Of a stretch of 64,000 nucleotides of DNA, positions 1 through 9,414 are shown one piece after another; the stretch's first letter is position 1, and the number at the start of each line of letters is the position of its first letter. The notes under the pieces are model-generated. The model worked only from the letters and a program-made list of their open reading frames with translations, searched no databases and had not been told where the DNA came from. This DNA is from a virus (taxonomy: Duplodnaviria; Caudoviricetes), in the IMG/VR virus record IMGVR_UViG_3300049982_000332, positions 916-64,915 of that record; one strand, given 5' to 3'. A program made the position numbers and the translations under genes.

Positions 1-40
1 CGGCGGTGAGACGGCTGTGGGTCATCTCCATGGTTGCCAT
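1..40 (-). CDS. 5' end of leftward gene, probable immunity repressor (runs off window)
   Basis: ATG at 40 gives MATMEMTHSRLTA..., with AAGGAG SD upstream; divergent from the Cro-like gene. Repressor identity is positional inference. Confidence 0.5.
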   Translation of the reverse strand, partial: MATMEMTHSRLTA

Positions 41-185
41 CCTCGGCTCCTTGTCGGGCGGCAGTGGGTGCACTTTAGCGCACATGCGCACGTCAACGTA
101 CAGTTGATCATTTGCTGTGGACTTGACGAAAGTGTAAGGGCGCCGTCTATTGCTCATGAGCGCCCATGAGCGATAAAGTCGCCTC
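41..185. promoter_or_regulatory. Divergent promoter/operator region (genetic switch)
   Basis: TTGACG at 123-128 (+) and 91-96 (-); GCNCATGNGC boxes at 80-89, 152-161 (perfect palindrome) and 162-171. Confidence 0.65.
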
Positions 186-470
186 ATGGCTCGGACATCA
201 TTACCGGCTCGAACGCCACTACTCGACCTTCCCTTCGATGGAGAGCGACTGCGAGCGGTCCGCCGACAGGCGCGACTCACGCAAGAAGAGCTTGCGCAGC
301 TCTGCAGCACGCAAGGCACCCCCGTCTCCCGGTTCCAGGTAGTGCGGGCGGAGAGCGGCAAGTACATGCCGCACCCCGACGTGCTGGACGCGTTCGTGGC
401 AGCCCTCGACATCAGGGTTGACGACCTCCTGACACCGCGCGAAGAAATCAGGCAGGAGTCTGCCCGATGA
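186..470 (+). CDS. Cro-like XRE helix-turn-helix regulator
   Basis: LRAVRRQARLTQEELA...VVRAESG HTH_3 pattern; first gene of early operon. Confidence 0.85.
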   Translation: MARTSLPARTPLLDLPFDGERLRAVRRQARLTQEELAQLCSTQGTPVSRFQVVRAESGKYMPHPDVLDAFVAALDIRVDDLLTPREEIRQESAR

Positions 471-706
471 CCGCCGGAAAGATCAATGCCAGTCGCGACG
501 GGGTGACAGGTAACTATCCAGACGTAACGCCCGTCCGGCGCATTTGCCGCACCGTCGCAGAAACCGCACAAGCCGGATGGGACGACGGCGCGAACGACCC
601 GCCGCTCACCCCCGACCAGGTGACACGCCTGGCGGCGCTGCTCGGCCCCTACCTCCGCCCGGACGCGGCCTCCGTCGAGGACGCCGCAACCCGGAGGAGC
701 GCGTGA
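467..706 (+). CDS. Hypothetical protein
   Basis: ATGA overlap with upstream gene. Confidence 0.6.
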   Translation: MTAGKINASRDGVTGNYPDVTPVRRICRTVAETAQAGWDDGANDPPLTPDQVTRLAALLGPYLRPDAASVEDAATRRSA

Positions 707-807
707 TGCGCGGCCCGTGGCTGCCGCCGATGACCGGCTCGGTGTGGGTGTGCGAGCAGGGCCGCCCCCACCTGATCGGCGAGCCCTGCGCCTGCAAGCC
801 CCGCTGA
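706..807 (+). CDS. Small Cys-containing hypothetical protein (33 aa)
   Basis: TGATG coupling, GGAGGAG SD. Confidence 0.45.
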   Translation: MRGPWLPPMTGSVWVCEQGRPHLIGEPCACKPR

Positions 808-992
808 CCCCTGAGGAGATCCCCGTGCTGGCCGCTCACGAGCGCTACGTGAACTACCACAAGCAGAACGGCACCTACGACCGGGTCACCCCGCGTCAGC
901 GCAGCCGGATCCGCCACAAGGCGAACCACCAGTTGCTGGAGGCCGGGATCCGCCGCGAGCAGGCGTCCGCCGATCGAGCGAAGACCCGCTGA
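717..992 (+). CDS. Hypothetical basic protein (start uncertain, possibly near 804)
   Basis: ORF fills the gap in the operon. Confidence 0.45.
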   Translation: MAAADDRLGVGVRAGPPPPDRRALRLQAPLTPEEIPVLAAHERYVNYHKQNGTYDRVTPRQRSRIRHKANHQLLEAGIRREQASADRAKTR

Positions 993-1084
993 ACCCCCCG
1001 CATTGCTGCGGGCCCCAGCCGTGCACCCGGCCAGGACCCGCCGAACAGCCGCTCAACCCCTTTGATCAAGAGGAGCAGAAGTTC

Positions 1085-1393
1085 GTGGACACCACGGTAC
1101 ACAGCACCACCCACACCTCACAGATCTTGCGGCAGGCGGCCGACGCCTTGGGCGCGCTGCCCCACCCCCGGGTGAACGCCGTCGACCTGCACATGGCCCT
1201 GAACGGGGCCGCCCCCACCTACCGGGACGGGCAGACGGCCCTGGACGCCCTGGCCCGCCACCTGGACGCGACGGGCGGCGACGTGGAGTGGCTGAACTGC
1301 TGGACCGAGCCTCGTAGCCGTGACGTGGTCGCGGCCGAGGTGCGCGCCGCAGCCGAGTACGCCGACGACGGCGCCGTGGCAGGTGTCCGATGA
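1085..1393 (+). CDS. Hypothetical protein
   Basis: GAGGAG SD before GTG; coupled to next gene. Confidence 0.7.
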   Translation: MDTTVHSTTHTSQILRQAADALGALPHPRVNAVDLHMALNGAAPTYRDGQTALDALARHLDATGGDVEWLNCWTEPRSRDVVAAEVRAAAEYADDGAVAGVR

Positions 1394-1680
1394 GCGGCGA
1401 GCCGAAGGTGTCCGCGGATGGCTGGGGCGTCGAGGTCAACGAGTGCGCCATCAACGCGGTACACACCGCTGCTGAATGGTGGGCGATCTTCCGGATCCGC
1501 TTCGAGCCGACCGGCCGCATCACCACCCTGGTTGTCTCCCTCGGCGGCGATCGCGTCCATGTCGCCTGCGACGGCCGCACGCACGCCGACGAGCTGATGG
1601 CCATGTTCATCGAGCGCGGCATCCACAAGTCGGCGCTGAAGGTCAAGCAACTTCGGCAGGCGTCGGCGGTGACGAGGTGA
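1390..1680 (+). CDS. Hypothetical protein
   Basis: ATGA/GTGA coupling on both sides. Confidence 0.7.
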   Translation: MSGEPKVSADGWGVEVNECAINAVHTAAEWWAIFRIRFEPTGRITTLVVSLGGDRVHVACDGRTHADELMAMFIERGIHKSALKVKQLRQASAVTR

Positions 1681-1904
1681 CCGCCCCCGCGCCCACCTTC
1701 GGCGCCTCCCACCGGGGCAACCACATCCCGCACCCCGCCCAGCCCGGCCAGTGGCTGACCCTCATGGAAGAGCCCCGCCCCTGCCCGCACGGCTGCTGCC
1801 GTGTCGCCTACGCCTTCGCAGGGGTCGCCGGGCGCCCGGAGCTGGTGCACGTCCCCGCGTCCACTCCGATCACCGTGCTCGCCGCGCCGGGAGGTGCCCG
1901 ATGA
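1677..1904 (+). CDS. Hypothetical protein
   Basis: GTGA overlap. Confidence 0.6.
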   Translation: MTAPAPTFGASHRGNHIPHPAQPGQWLTLMEEPRPCPHGCCRVAYAFAGVAGRPELVHVPASTPITVLAAPGGAR

Positions 1905-2137
1905 AAATCGGCACCCGCACCGTGATCTTGGGGTGCGACCTTCGCGTCGGGGACGTGATCGTGATCCTCGGCGACGAGCACCGCGTTGACCGCTTGGAGC
2001 CGTACACCGGCGACCTGCTCGGCGAGCTCGGCAAGGGCACCCGGATCGCCTACAGCGGCGCCTCGTGGGGCATGACGGTCCCCCCGGATCAACTCGTCTA
2101 CATCCTCCCCCGGCTCGACGGGCAGGTGTCCGCATGA
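1901..2137 (+). CDS. Hypothetical protein (small beta-rich)
   Basis: ATGA overlap, GGAGG SD. Confidence 0.65.
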   Translation: MKIGTRTVILGCDLRVGDVIVILGDEHRVDRLEPYTGDLLGELGKGTRIAYSGASWGMTVPPDQLVYILPRLDGQVSA

Positions 2138-2295
2138 GCCTGACCAACCGTAAGCGGATCGACTTCTTCGACGCGATGACCCCCGCCGAACTGCGGGACG
2201 CGTGGATCTATCTGGTCGGTTCCTGGCCGGAGGCTGTCGACGACGCCATCGCCCAGGTCAAGCGGCTCCGCAAGCCGTCCGGCGGTGACCGATGA
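2134..2295 (+). CDS. Hypothetical protein
   Basis: ATGA overlap. Confidence 0.6.
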   Translation: MSLTNRKRIDFFDAMTPAELRDAWIYLVGSWPEAVDDAIAQVKRLRKPSGGDR

Positions 2296-2612
2296 CCGCC
2301 CAGCCGGCGACCGTCACCGACGTCCAGCGCCTCGAAGACCTGGCCGTCCGCCACCTCAACGGCGAATGGACCACCGCGTGCGAGATCGAGCTGACCGGCC
2401 TGGTGGCCATCCGCCCCGCCGAGGAGACGTGGGGCCTGTTCGAAGACTTGACGGAGGCCGTACGGCTCCGCGCCGGCCTCAACGACTCCACCGTGCATTG
2501 GTCCGAGGTCAACGACCGGCTGACCGGGTCTGACCGCTCCTACGACGCGTGGCAGATCGCCTGCCAGCGGGCCGACGAAGCCGCCCGCGCGCTGCTCAAC
2601 GGGAGGCACTGA
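2292..2612 (+). CDS. Hypothetical protein
   Basis: ATGA overlap. Confidence 0.7.
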   Translation: MTAQPATVTDVQRLEDLAVRHLNGEWTTACEIELTGLVAIRPAEETWGLFEDLTEAVRLRAGLNDSTVHWSEVNDRLTGSDRSYDAWQIACQRADEAARALLNGRH

Positions 2613-3589
2613 TGACCCTCCAGGAAGACGACACCCGCCGGGTGCGGCTGCTGTCGCTGATGGACCCGTTCGCCCCCGAAGAGGTCGGCAAACTCCCACG
2701 GATCACCTGCGGCGCATGCTCATCCGACCGGCGCAAATTCTGCGACGACCACAAGAAGGAACGCTGCAACACCTGCAACTCCTCCATCACCACCAAGCAC
2801 ATCCACCTGGACTACGTGGGCCACGCCGATGTGACCCGCCGCCTGCTGTCGGTGGACCCGGAGTGGACGTGGGAACCGGCCGCCGAGGACGACCAGGGCC
2901 TGCCGGTCCTGGACACCGACGACCGCGGCAACCCCGTCGGCATGTGGATCAAACTCACAGTGCTGGGCGTGACCCGCCGCGGATACGGCTCGTGCCCGTC
3001 CAACCAGGGCGACGCCGTGAAAGTGCTGATCGGCGACGCGCTGCGGAACGCGGCGATGCGGTTCGGCGTGGCCGTGGACTTGTGGGCGAAGGGCGACCGG
3101 GCCGACCCGTCCACGGAGAACGCGGTGGCAGCACCCGGCCGGCGCGCCCAACCGCAACGGCGGGAGGCCCAGCAGGCCCGCTCGCAGGTCGACGCGGGCG
3201 CGTCCGCGCAGGTGCTCGGCGAATACCAAGGCATGATCGCCGCCGCGACCACTGCCGATGAGGTGCGGGCCCTGATGAAGCGCGGCATCGACGACTTCAA
3301 GGTCGGGCGCCTGGACAACGCCGCCGCCAACCAGGTGCAGCAGGCGTGCAAGCAGCGGCTGGACCGGTTGGCCAACCAGACCGCCACCGGGCTCCCCGCG
3401 AACAAGGACGGCTCGGTGTCCCGGTCGAAGCTGACCGACGAGGAAAAGGCCGCGAACGGGCTCATGACCGACTCCCAGGTGCGCGAGCACAACAAGCTCG
3501 CCCGGGACACGGTGGCCAACCCCCGGGCGGCCGAGCGGATGGCCACCACCCCGCCTGACGACCCGTGGGTGAACGGGAGCGGGTCATGA
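2612..3589 (+). CDS. Rad52/Rad22-family single-strand annealing recombinase (Sak-like)
   Basis: LDYVGHADVTRRL...WTWEP...KLTVLGVTRRGYG...DALRNAAMRFGVAVDLW pattern; N-terminal Cys cluster. Confidence 0.8.
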   Translation: MTLQEDDTRRVRLLSLMDPFAPEEVGKLPRITCGACSSDRRKFCDDHKKERCNTCNSSITTKHIHLDYVGHADVTRRLLSVDPEWTWEPAAEDDQGLPVLDTDDRGNPVGMWIKLTVLGVTRRGYGSCPSNQGDAVKVLIGDALRNAAMRFGVAVDLWAKGDRADPSTENAVAAPGRRAQPQRREAQQARSQVDAGASAQVLGEYQGMIAAATTADEVRALMKRGIDDFKVGRLDNAAANQVQQACKQRLDRLANQTATGLPANKDGSVSRSKLTDEEKAANGLMTDSQVREHNKLARDTVANPRAAERMATTPPDDPWVNGSGS

Positions 3590-4008
3590 CGACGCCGCCG
3601 CCATCCGCGCCGCAGTTCCAGTTCATCGACGAGGACGCCGTCCTTACCCCGCCCGAGGCCGAGCGGTATCTCAAGCAGGTCAGCAACGAACTGGCCCGCG
3701 CGCAACTGGCCCTGCAGCGGCTCCGCTACCACGAGCTCAAGCTGGACCGGACCTTCACCGAAAAGCGCACCCAACTCCTGCTTTCCGAGGAGTGCCCGAA
3801 GGTCGGCCGTTCGGAGGGCTGCGTGACGGTCGACGAGCGGGACGCCTGGATCAACAGCCAGATCCCCGAGTACTGGCCGTTCCGGTCGGCCCAGGTGCAG
3901 ACGAAGAACGCCGAAGACCACCTGAAGAGGGTCAGCAAGCAGGCGTCGATTGCGCAGTCGCTGAACAACAGCGCCAGGGAGCTCTACGGCACCGGGGGGC
4001 GTTCGTGA
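3586..4008 (+). CDS. Coiled-coil hypothetical protein next to recombinase
   Basis: ATGA coupling; helical sequence. Confidence 0.7.
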   Translation: MTTPPPSAPQFQFIDEDAVLTPPEAERYLKQVSNELARAQLALQRLRYHELKLDRTFTEKRTQLLLSEECPKVGRSEGCVTVDERDAWINSQIPEYWPFRSAQVQTKNAEDHLKRVSKQASIAQSLNNSARELYGTGGRS

Positions 4009-4439
4009 AGCGCTCGCCTCTGCGTCGAGGCGGCCCCTTGCAGCGGCACAAGCCCCTCGAGGGCGGCCAGCCGCCGGCGCGTAGGACTCGGCTCCGCCAG
4101 CAGTCCACGAAGCGGCAGGCCGAGAACCGCGAGCGCCGGGCCATGGCCGACGAGCGGTTCCCCGACGGCCGACCGATGTGCATCGTCCCCCGGTGCGGCA
4201 AGCCTGCCGACGACCTGCACGAGCCGCTCACGAGGGCGCGAGGCGGGTCGATCACGGACCCGGACGCCAGCGAGCCGACCTGCCGCGACCACAACGATGA
4301 GCTGACCAAAGAGCCCGCCTGGGGCTACGAGCTGGACCTGCTCGTGCACTCGTGGGACCGGCGGACGGCCGCGCAGATCGCTGCTGACCGGCGCCGGAAG
4401 CTCGCGGCGTGGGCCGAGCTCCACCGGGAGGCGTCATGA
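4005..4439 (+). CDS. HNH-family endonuclease (NinG-like layout)
   Basis: MKRSPLRR N-terminus; C..PRC..DDLHEPLTRARGG...TCRDHN. Confidence 0.7.
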   Translation: MKRSPLRRGGPLQRHKPLEGGQPPARRTRLRQQSTKRQAENRERRAMADERFPDGRPMCIVPRCGKPADDLHEPLTRARGGSITDPDASEPTCRDHNDELTKEPAWGYELDLLVHSWDRRTAAQIAADRRRKLAAWAELHREAS

Positions 4440-4618
4440 GGCCCGAGGCCAGGGTGTGGCGCAAGGCCCGCCGTGCCGCTCTCAAGGGCATGGAGCATGG
4501 CCGCCGGTCGACGCACCAGGTGAAGACCCAGGAGCCCGTGCGCGGGTCCACGTGGACGCGTCGCCACCCGGGCGAGATGCCGCCGTGGCTGCGCCGCTAC
4601 TGGGCGAGGTCATCGTGA
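4436..4618 (+). CDS. Hypothetical protein
   Basis: ATGA coupling. Confidence 0.5.
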   Translation: MRPEARVWRKARRAALKGMEHGRRSTHQVKTQEPVRGSTWTRRHPGEMPPWLRRYWARSS

Positions 4619-4752
4619 CCGACGCCGGCGAGGAGCCGGAGCCCGGCCCGGTGGTGGAGATGGCTCGCTGCGACTACTGCCGCCAGACGCTCCCCGTCGA
4701 CCACCGCTGCCCTGGTGGCGCCCCCGTAGAAGACCCCGACGACGAGACCTGA
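4615..4752 (+). CDS. Small zinc-finger-like protein
   Basis: GTGA coupling; CDYC...HRC. Confidence 0.5.
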   Translation: MTDAGEEPEPGPVVEMARCDYCRQTLPVDHRCPGGAPVEDPDDET

Positions 4753-4809
4753 ACCGTGGCCCCGCGCCATGCCAGGCGCGGGGCGGCAACCACAAACGAG
4801 GAGAACGAA

Positions 4810-5271
4810 ATGCAGCAATACGCCAACCCTATAGACGCCCCCGTCGTCCCGCTGACCCGCAGCGGCGCCAAGTGGATGCAGGACCGGCTCGTCGAGGAAG
4901 AGGCCCACATCTTCACGCTGGAGCAGGAGATGGCCGTCATGGCGCTCCTGCGGGAGGAGCACGAGGAGACGGCGGCCCGGTACCGGGCGCGCTTGGGCGT
5001 AGCGGTGTCGCTGCTGCCGCCGCTCACCGAGGTCATCGGCGACCCGGAGCATCAGCTTCCGGTGGAGGCGCAGGCGTGCGAGGCGGCGAAAGAGCAGCAG
5101 CGGCGGGCTGAGCACCCGTACGGCCCTTCGACGCTGCCGGATCTGCCGCAGGCCACCGGGCATGTGGACGTGCCGGGCGAGTTCCCGTCGCTGGACCTGG
5201 CCGCCGCCCCGGTGCGTATCACGGCTCCGGGCTGGACCGGTCCCGCCGTTGACGAGGAGGCCGGGAAATGA
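4810..5271 (+). CDS. Hypothetical protein
   Basis: GAGGAG SD before ATG 4810. Confidence 0.7.
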   Translation: MQQYANPIDAPVVPLTRSGAKWMQDRLVEEEAHIFTLEQEMAVMALLREEHEETAARYRARLGVAVSLLPPLTEVIGDPEHQLPVEAQACEAAKEQQRRAEHPYGPSTLPDLPQATGHVDVPGEFPSLDLAAAPVRITAPGWTGPAVDEEAGK

Positions 5272-5441
5272 GCGTCAAGAACAAGGGCCACGAGGGCTTG
5301 TGGTGGACGGACCCCGAGCACCCAGACGAGAACCCCGAGGACCGCGCCAACTACGACGTGGCGTTCGCGAAGGTCCCGAAGCCGAGGGCCGTCGTCCCGT
5401 CCCGCGACCAGATCCTCGCCCGAGGAGACCGTCGTGGCTGA
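5268..5441 (+). CDS. Hypothetical protein (57 aa, not in ORF track)
   Basis: MSVKNKGHEGLWW...; ATGA coupling, GAGGAGG SD. Confidence 0.55.
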   Translation: MSVKNKGHEGLWWTDPEHPDENPEDRANYDVAFAKVPKPRAVVPSRDQILARGDRRG

Positions 5442-5973
5442 TCTCTTCGTCTTCCGCAGCACCCACCCCGACGCACTGGCCGCATGGCACACCGCCCACG
5501 AGCAGGCGCAGGAGATCGGCCGGCAGCGCCGCACCCTCCTCGACGACATGGGTTTCGCCGGCCGCCCTGCCTTGATCAACGAGGGACGCATGCTCGGTGT
5601 CGAGCACCGCGACGAGCACGGACCGATCCCGGAGGGGTGGCGTCGCGACCGGCACACCGATGGCGCGATCGTCCCCCACCGTCGCACCAAGACCGGCGCG
5701 GCGATCGGCAAGAAGCTCGACGCCCTCACCATGCCGGACGTGCGCAGAAAGCTCCCTGGCGGCATGCCGGAGATGGCGTGGGACCTGGGCAACGGCCGCG
5801 TCTACTACCCCGGTATCAGCCTGCACGGCGACGCACTGTACGTCCGCTGGGGCGGTGATCCGGAGAAGTCCGAGAGAAGCGTGCGCCTGGACCCCGGGGT
5901 GTGGGAGCGCCTGAAGCTCTCCGAGTACTACGCCGTCCTTGAGGCCGAGGCCCAGACGGGCGGTGCGTCGTGA
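5434..5973 (+). CDS. Hypothetical protein
   Basis: GAGGAG SD; 179-aa ORF in operon. Confidence 0.75.
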   Translation: MADLFVFRSTHPDALAAWHTAHEQAQEIGRQRRTLLDDMGFAGRPALINEGRMLGVEHRDEHGPIPEGWRRDRHTDGAIVPHRRTKTGAAIGKKLDALTMPDVRRKLPGGMPEMAWDLGNGRVYYPGISLHGDALYVRWGGDPEKSERSVRLDPGVWERLKLSEYYAVLEAEAQTGGAS

Positions 5974-6131
5974 AGAACACCGGCCCCGGGATCCTCTCCG
6001 TCGGCATCGGCACCCTCGTGGTCGCCCTCGGCCTGATCGCCGCGTCGCTGTCCCCGCTCCCCGCTGTCGGCACCACCCCGTCTCCTGCCCCCGGGCCTGT
6101 GGTCCATGACGTGCACGGAGGTGCGCGATGA
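5970..6131 (+). CDS. Small membrane protein (53 aa, not in ORF track)
   Basis: GTGA coupling; one hydrophobic segment. Confidence 0.55.
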   Translation: MKNTGPGILSVGIGTLVVALGLIAASLSPLPAVGTTPSPAPGPVVHDVHGGAR

Positions 6132-6628
6132 GCGCCGCAGAGCAGAGGGTCGTGTGCGCCAACGAGGACCACGGCCGCCCCACCACCGCTGTCGCCCGCT
6201 TGTCGTGGCCTGACGGCCGCTACAGCCCCACGACGGCCTGCGTCAGCCACCTGCAGTGGGCCGTCCGCGACTCGCTCGATGTGAGCCACGTCGTGCTAGT
6301 GGAGCCAGTCCACGAGCACGAGCGGACGGCCTACCGCAACTACGACGTCACCCACTCGATCAAGAAGGTCGCCGAACTCCACCGCCGCGCCTACTCCGAG
6401 CCGGTCAAGGCGATCCTCCTCGAAGCGCCAGACCACCCCCACTACGAGGAGATGCCCGAGACGCTGGAGGAGCGGGAGAAGTTGCCCGCACGCTTCCATA
6501 CTCCGGTCTGGATGGGTGACTCGCAGCCGACTGCGTGGCTCTGCGCCGTCTGCTGGGACGAGGGGACGGCCACCCGGTGGCCGTGCAAGGCGGCGTCGGA
6601 GCACGGCGGCGAGGTGTTCGCCCGATGA
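6128..6628 (+). CDS. Hypothetical Cys/His-containing protein
   Basis: ATGA coupling. Confidence 0.7.
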   Translation: MSAAEQRVVCANEDHGRPTTAVARLSWPDGRYSPTTACVSHLQWAVRDSLDVSHVVLVEPVHEHERTAYRNYDVTHSIKKVAELHRRAYSEPVKAILLEAPDHPHYEEMPETLEEREKLPARFHTPVWMGDSQPTAWLCAVCWDEGTATRWPCKAASEHGGEVFAR

Positions 6629-7008
6629 GCACTGCACGCGAGGCCAAGCACTGCTGGGAACTCGTCTACGGCAACGGAGCCGAAGTCGACACCGGGGACT
6701 GTGTCCCTCACTACAGGTCCGAAGACGAGGCCGCGAAGGAAGCCGGGGTCTACACGCTGCCGTCGCTGGGCGTGCCGCTGCCTCGCCAGCTCGACCACCC
6801 GTGCGTGGAGGTCGCGTCGTGCGGGTGCTGCGACGAGCAGTTCGGCGAAGACGCAGTGGAGCACTTCGACTCGCAGGCCGAGGCGGACCAGGCCGTGAAG
6901 GATGCGGGCTGGGTTCAGGCCGAGGACGGCGCGCTGACGTGCAATGTCTGCCTGGACGACTGCGACTGCCAGGACGAGGCTGCGACCGCCGAGACGGGCG
7001 GTGCGTGA
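6625..7008 (+). CDS. Acidic Cys-rich hypothetical protein
   Basis: ATGA coupling; CGCC and CNVC motifs. Confidence 0.65.
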   Translation: MSTAREAKHCWELVYGNGAEVDTGDCVPHYRSEDEAAKEAGVYTLPSLGVPLPRQLDHPCVEVASCGCCDEQFGEDAVEHFDSQAEADQAVKDAGWVQAEDGALTCNVCLDDCDCQDEAATAETGGA

Positions 7009-7238
7009 TGCCCTCCCTCGACATCCTCGGCGTGCTGGCCTGGTTCACCAACCCGGGCAGCCTGCGGACATTCACCGCGTTCGCCATCACTCTCGCCCTG
7101 CTCGCCAGCCTCGGCCTCGCCGTGCTGTACATCAACCGCCTCCCCAAGAGGCGCAGACGCCGCAGGCCGTCCGTGGACGAGCTGGCCGACCCCACCTACA
7201 ACCCCGACCTCGACGGACCCGGAAGGGGGAGACGGTGA
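7008..7238 (+). CDS. Small membrane protein
   Basis: TGATG coupling; TM segment followed by basic tail. Confidence 0.6.
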   Translation: MPSLDILGVLAWFTNPGSLRTFTAFAITLALLASLGLAVLYINRLPKRRRRRRPSVDELADPTYNPDLDGPGRGRR

Positions 7239-7561
7239 ACCGCGCCCAACGGAAGAGCGACCGCCGGAAGCTGATCGCCGACCTCGACGCCGCTCTCGCC
7301 CGCGAAACCGCGCTCAACGAGACCAACGCCCACCTGCGGCGCATCATCGGCGAACGAGACCGCGCCCACACCGACGAGGTCCGCCGCGTGCTGGACCGGA
7401 TCATCACCGAAGGCGCCTCCATCGAAGAGGTCGCCGAGGAACTGGCGGCGCTGACCGTCCCCGCACAGGTGGCCCGGGAGCTCCGGCTGGCCGACAACTA
7501 CGAGCCGCGCACGGGCCTGCACCTCATCCGCCAGCGCACCGGGGGAGGGGCGTCGTGCTGA
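7235..7561 (+). CDS. Coiled-coil hypothetical protein
   Basis: GTGA coupling. Confidence 0.65.
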   Translation: MNRAQRKSDRRKLIADLDAALARETALNETNAHLRRIIGERDRAHTDEVRRVLDRIITEGASIEEVAEELAALTVPAQVARELRLADNYEPRTGLHLIRQRTGGGASC

Positions 7562-9414
7562 CCCTCATGGATTGGTTTTGTGGGGCCGGCGGCTCCTCAC
7601 AGGGAGCCCACGCAGTCCCCGGCGTGGAAGTGACCCGGGCGGCGAACCACTGGCAGAAAGCCATCGAGTCCCACGCCGCGAACTTCCCCCAGGCCGACCA
7701 CTGGCGAGGGGACATCCGCGAAGCTCCCGTGCACCGCTGGCCCACCGCCGACCTGTTCTGGGCCTCACCCGAGTGCCCGCAATGGTCCAACGCCCGGGGC
7801 AAGCGGCGAGACTTCGCCTCCTCGCTACAGGACTCCCTGTTCGGCGAGGTGCGCGACGACGAGGCCGACCGGTCCCGGGCCCTCATGGAAGAGGTGCCGA
7901 CCTACCTGCGTGGCGCTCAGGACCGTGGCGGGCTGGTGCTGGCCGGCGTCGTCGAGAACGTGGTCGACGTGCGCGCCTGGGACCAGTGGGACCGGTGGAT
8001 CGGCGAGATCAAGAAGCTGGGTTACCGCACCCGGGTCATCGCGATCAACTCGATGCACGCCCACGCCACCCGCACCCCGACCGCCCCGCAGAGCAGGGAC
8101 AGGCTGTACGTCGCCTACTGGCACGAGAGCCTCGGCCGTGACCCGGACTGGGACAAATGGCTGCGCCCCAAGGCGTGGTGTGAGGCGTGCGGCCAGGTCG
8201 TCAACGCCCTGCAGGTGTTCAAGACGCAGGGCGCCGACGTGGGCCGCTACCGGCAGCAATACGTGTACCGGTGCCCCCGGTCCGCCTGCCGGAACGCGAT
8301 CGTCGAGCCCAACGTCCTCCCGGCCGCGGCCGCCATTGACTGGTCGCTGCCCGGACAGCGGATCGGCGACCGATCCAAGCCGCTGGCCGACAAGACCTTG
8401 GCCAGGATCCAGGCGGGCCTGAAGAAGTACGCCCGCCCCATCACTCTGGAAGCCGCGGGCAACACCTTCGAGCGACGCCCCGGAGTCCACACCTGGCCCG
8501 TGGACGGGCCGCTGACCACGCAGACCACCACGGCGACCAAGGCCATGGCCTACGAGCCGTTCACGGTCCCGGCCGGCGGCACGTGGCGCACCGACGCGAC
8601 CCCGGTGTCCGAGCCGATGCCGACCCGCACCACGCGGGAGAACGACGGCATCGCCATCCCGCCGTTCCTGGTGCCGCTCCGATCAGGCCGCAACCGCAGC
8701 CTGCGCGCCGACATCGACCCGCTCGCCACCGTCGTCGCCGACGGGGGTAACCACGGGCTCGTCGTCCCGCCGCTGCTGATCCCCGTCGAGGGGCGCGACG
8801 GCAAGGAGCCCAGCTCCGCCGAGCAACCCCTGCGCACCCAGACCGCGCGCAACGAAACCGGCCTGGCGTGGCTACCGTTCATCACCGAACTCCGAGGCGG
8901 CGGCAGCGACGCCCGCCCGGTCTCCGACCCGCTGGCAACGGTCACCGCCTCCGGCAACCACCACGGCCTGGTCGCCCCGGCCGCCATGGTGATGCGGAAC
9001 AACACCCCACGAGGCGACGCCGCCCAGATGTGCACCCCGGTCACCGAACCGGTCCGCACCCTCACCTCCGCCGGCCACCAGTCGCTCATCACCTGGGAGC
9101 ACCTGCTGGTGCCCTACTACGGCAACGGGGTGGCCCGACACGTAGCAGAGCCGATCGGCACCCTATCCACCCGCGACCGGTACGCCGTCGTCAACGGCCT
9201 GGCCGACATCGACATCGACGACGTGCTGTTCCGGATGCTCGAACCCCACGAGATCGGCCGGGCCATGGCGTTCGCCGCCGACTACACCGTGCTCGGCAAC
9301 AAGCGGGAGCGCGTCAGACAATACGGAAACGCCGTCACCCCGCCCGTGGCCGAGCTCATCGTCTCCGCCCTCGTGGAGGCCATCACGGGCGAGGCCCTGG
9401 AGGTGGCGGCCTGA
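7555..9414 (+). CDS. DNA (cytosine-5)-methyltransferase with expanded variable region
   Basis: Motif I DWFCGAGG, IV ASPEC, VI VENV, X RQYGNAVTP. Confidence 0.92.
   Translation: MLTLMDWFCGAGGSSQGAHAVPGVEVTRAANHWQKAIESHAANFPQADHWRGDIREAPVHRWPTADLFWASPECPQWSNARGKRRDFASSLQDSLFGEVRDDEADRSRALMEEVPTYLRGAQDRGGLVLAGVVENVVDVRAWDQWDRWIGEIKKLGYRTRVIAINSMHAHATRTPTAPQSRDRLYVAYWHESLGRDPDWDKWLRPKAWCEACGQVVNALQVFKTQGADVGRYRQQYVYRCPRSACRNAIVEPNVLPAAAAIDWSLPGQRIGDRSKPLADKTLARIQAGLKKYARPITLEAAGNTFERRPGVHTWPVDGPLTTQTTTATKAMAYEPFTVPAGGTWRTDATPVSEPMPTRTTRENDGIAIPPFLVPLRSGRNRSLRADIDPLATVVADGGNHGLVVPPLLIPVEGRDGKEPSSAEQPLRTQTARNETGLAWLPFITELRGGGSDARPVSDPLATVTASGNHHGLVAPAAMVMRNNTPRGDAAQMCTPVTEPVRTLTSAGHQSLITWEHLLVPYYGNGVARHVAEPIGTLSTRDRYAVVNGLADIDIDDVLFRMLEPHEIGRAMAFAADYTVLGNKRERVRQYGNAVTPPVAELIVSALVEAITGEALEVAA

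Noticed and set aside
75-83. TTAGCGCAC complementary to the loop region of the leader at 24703-24711 (possible antisense RNA)
   Set aside because: Only 9 nt, overlaps an operator box, and does not match leader copy 2; chance is likely
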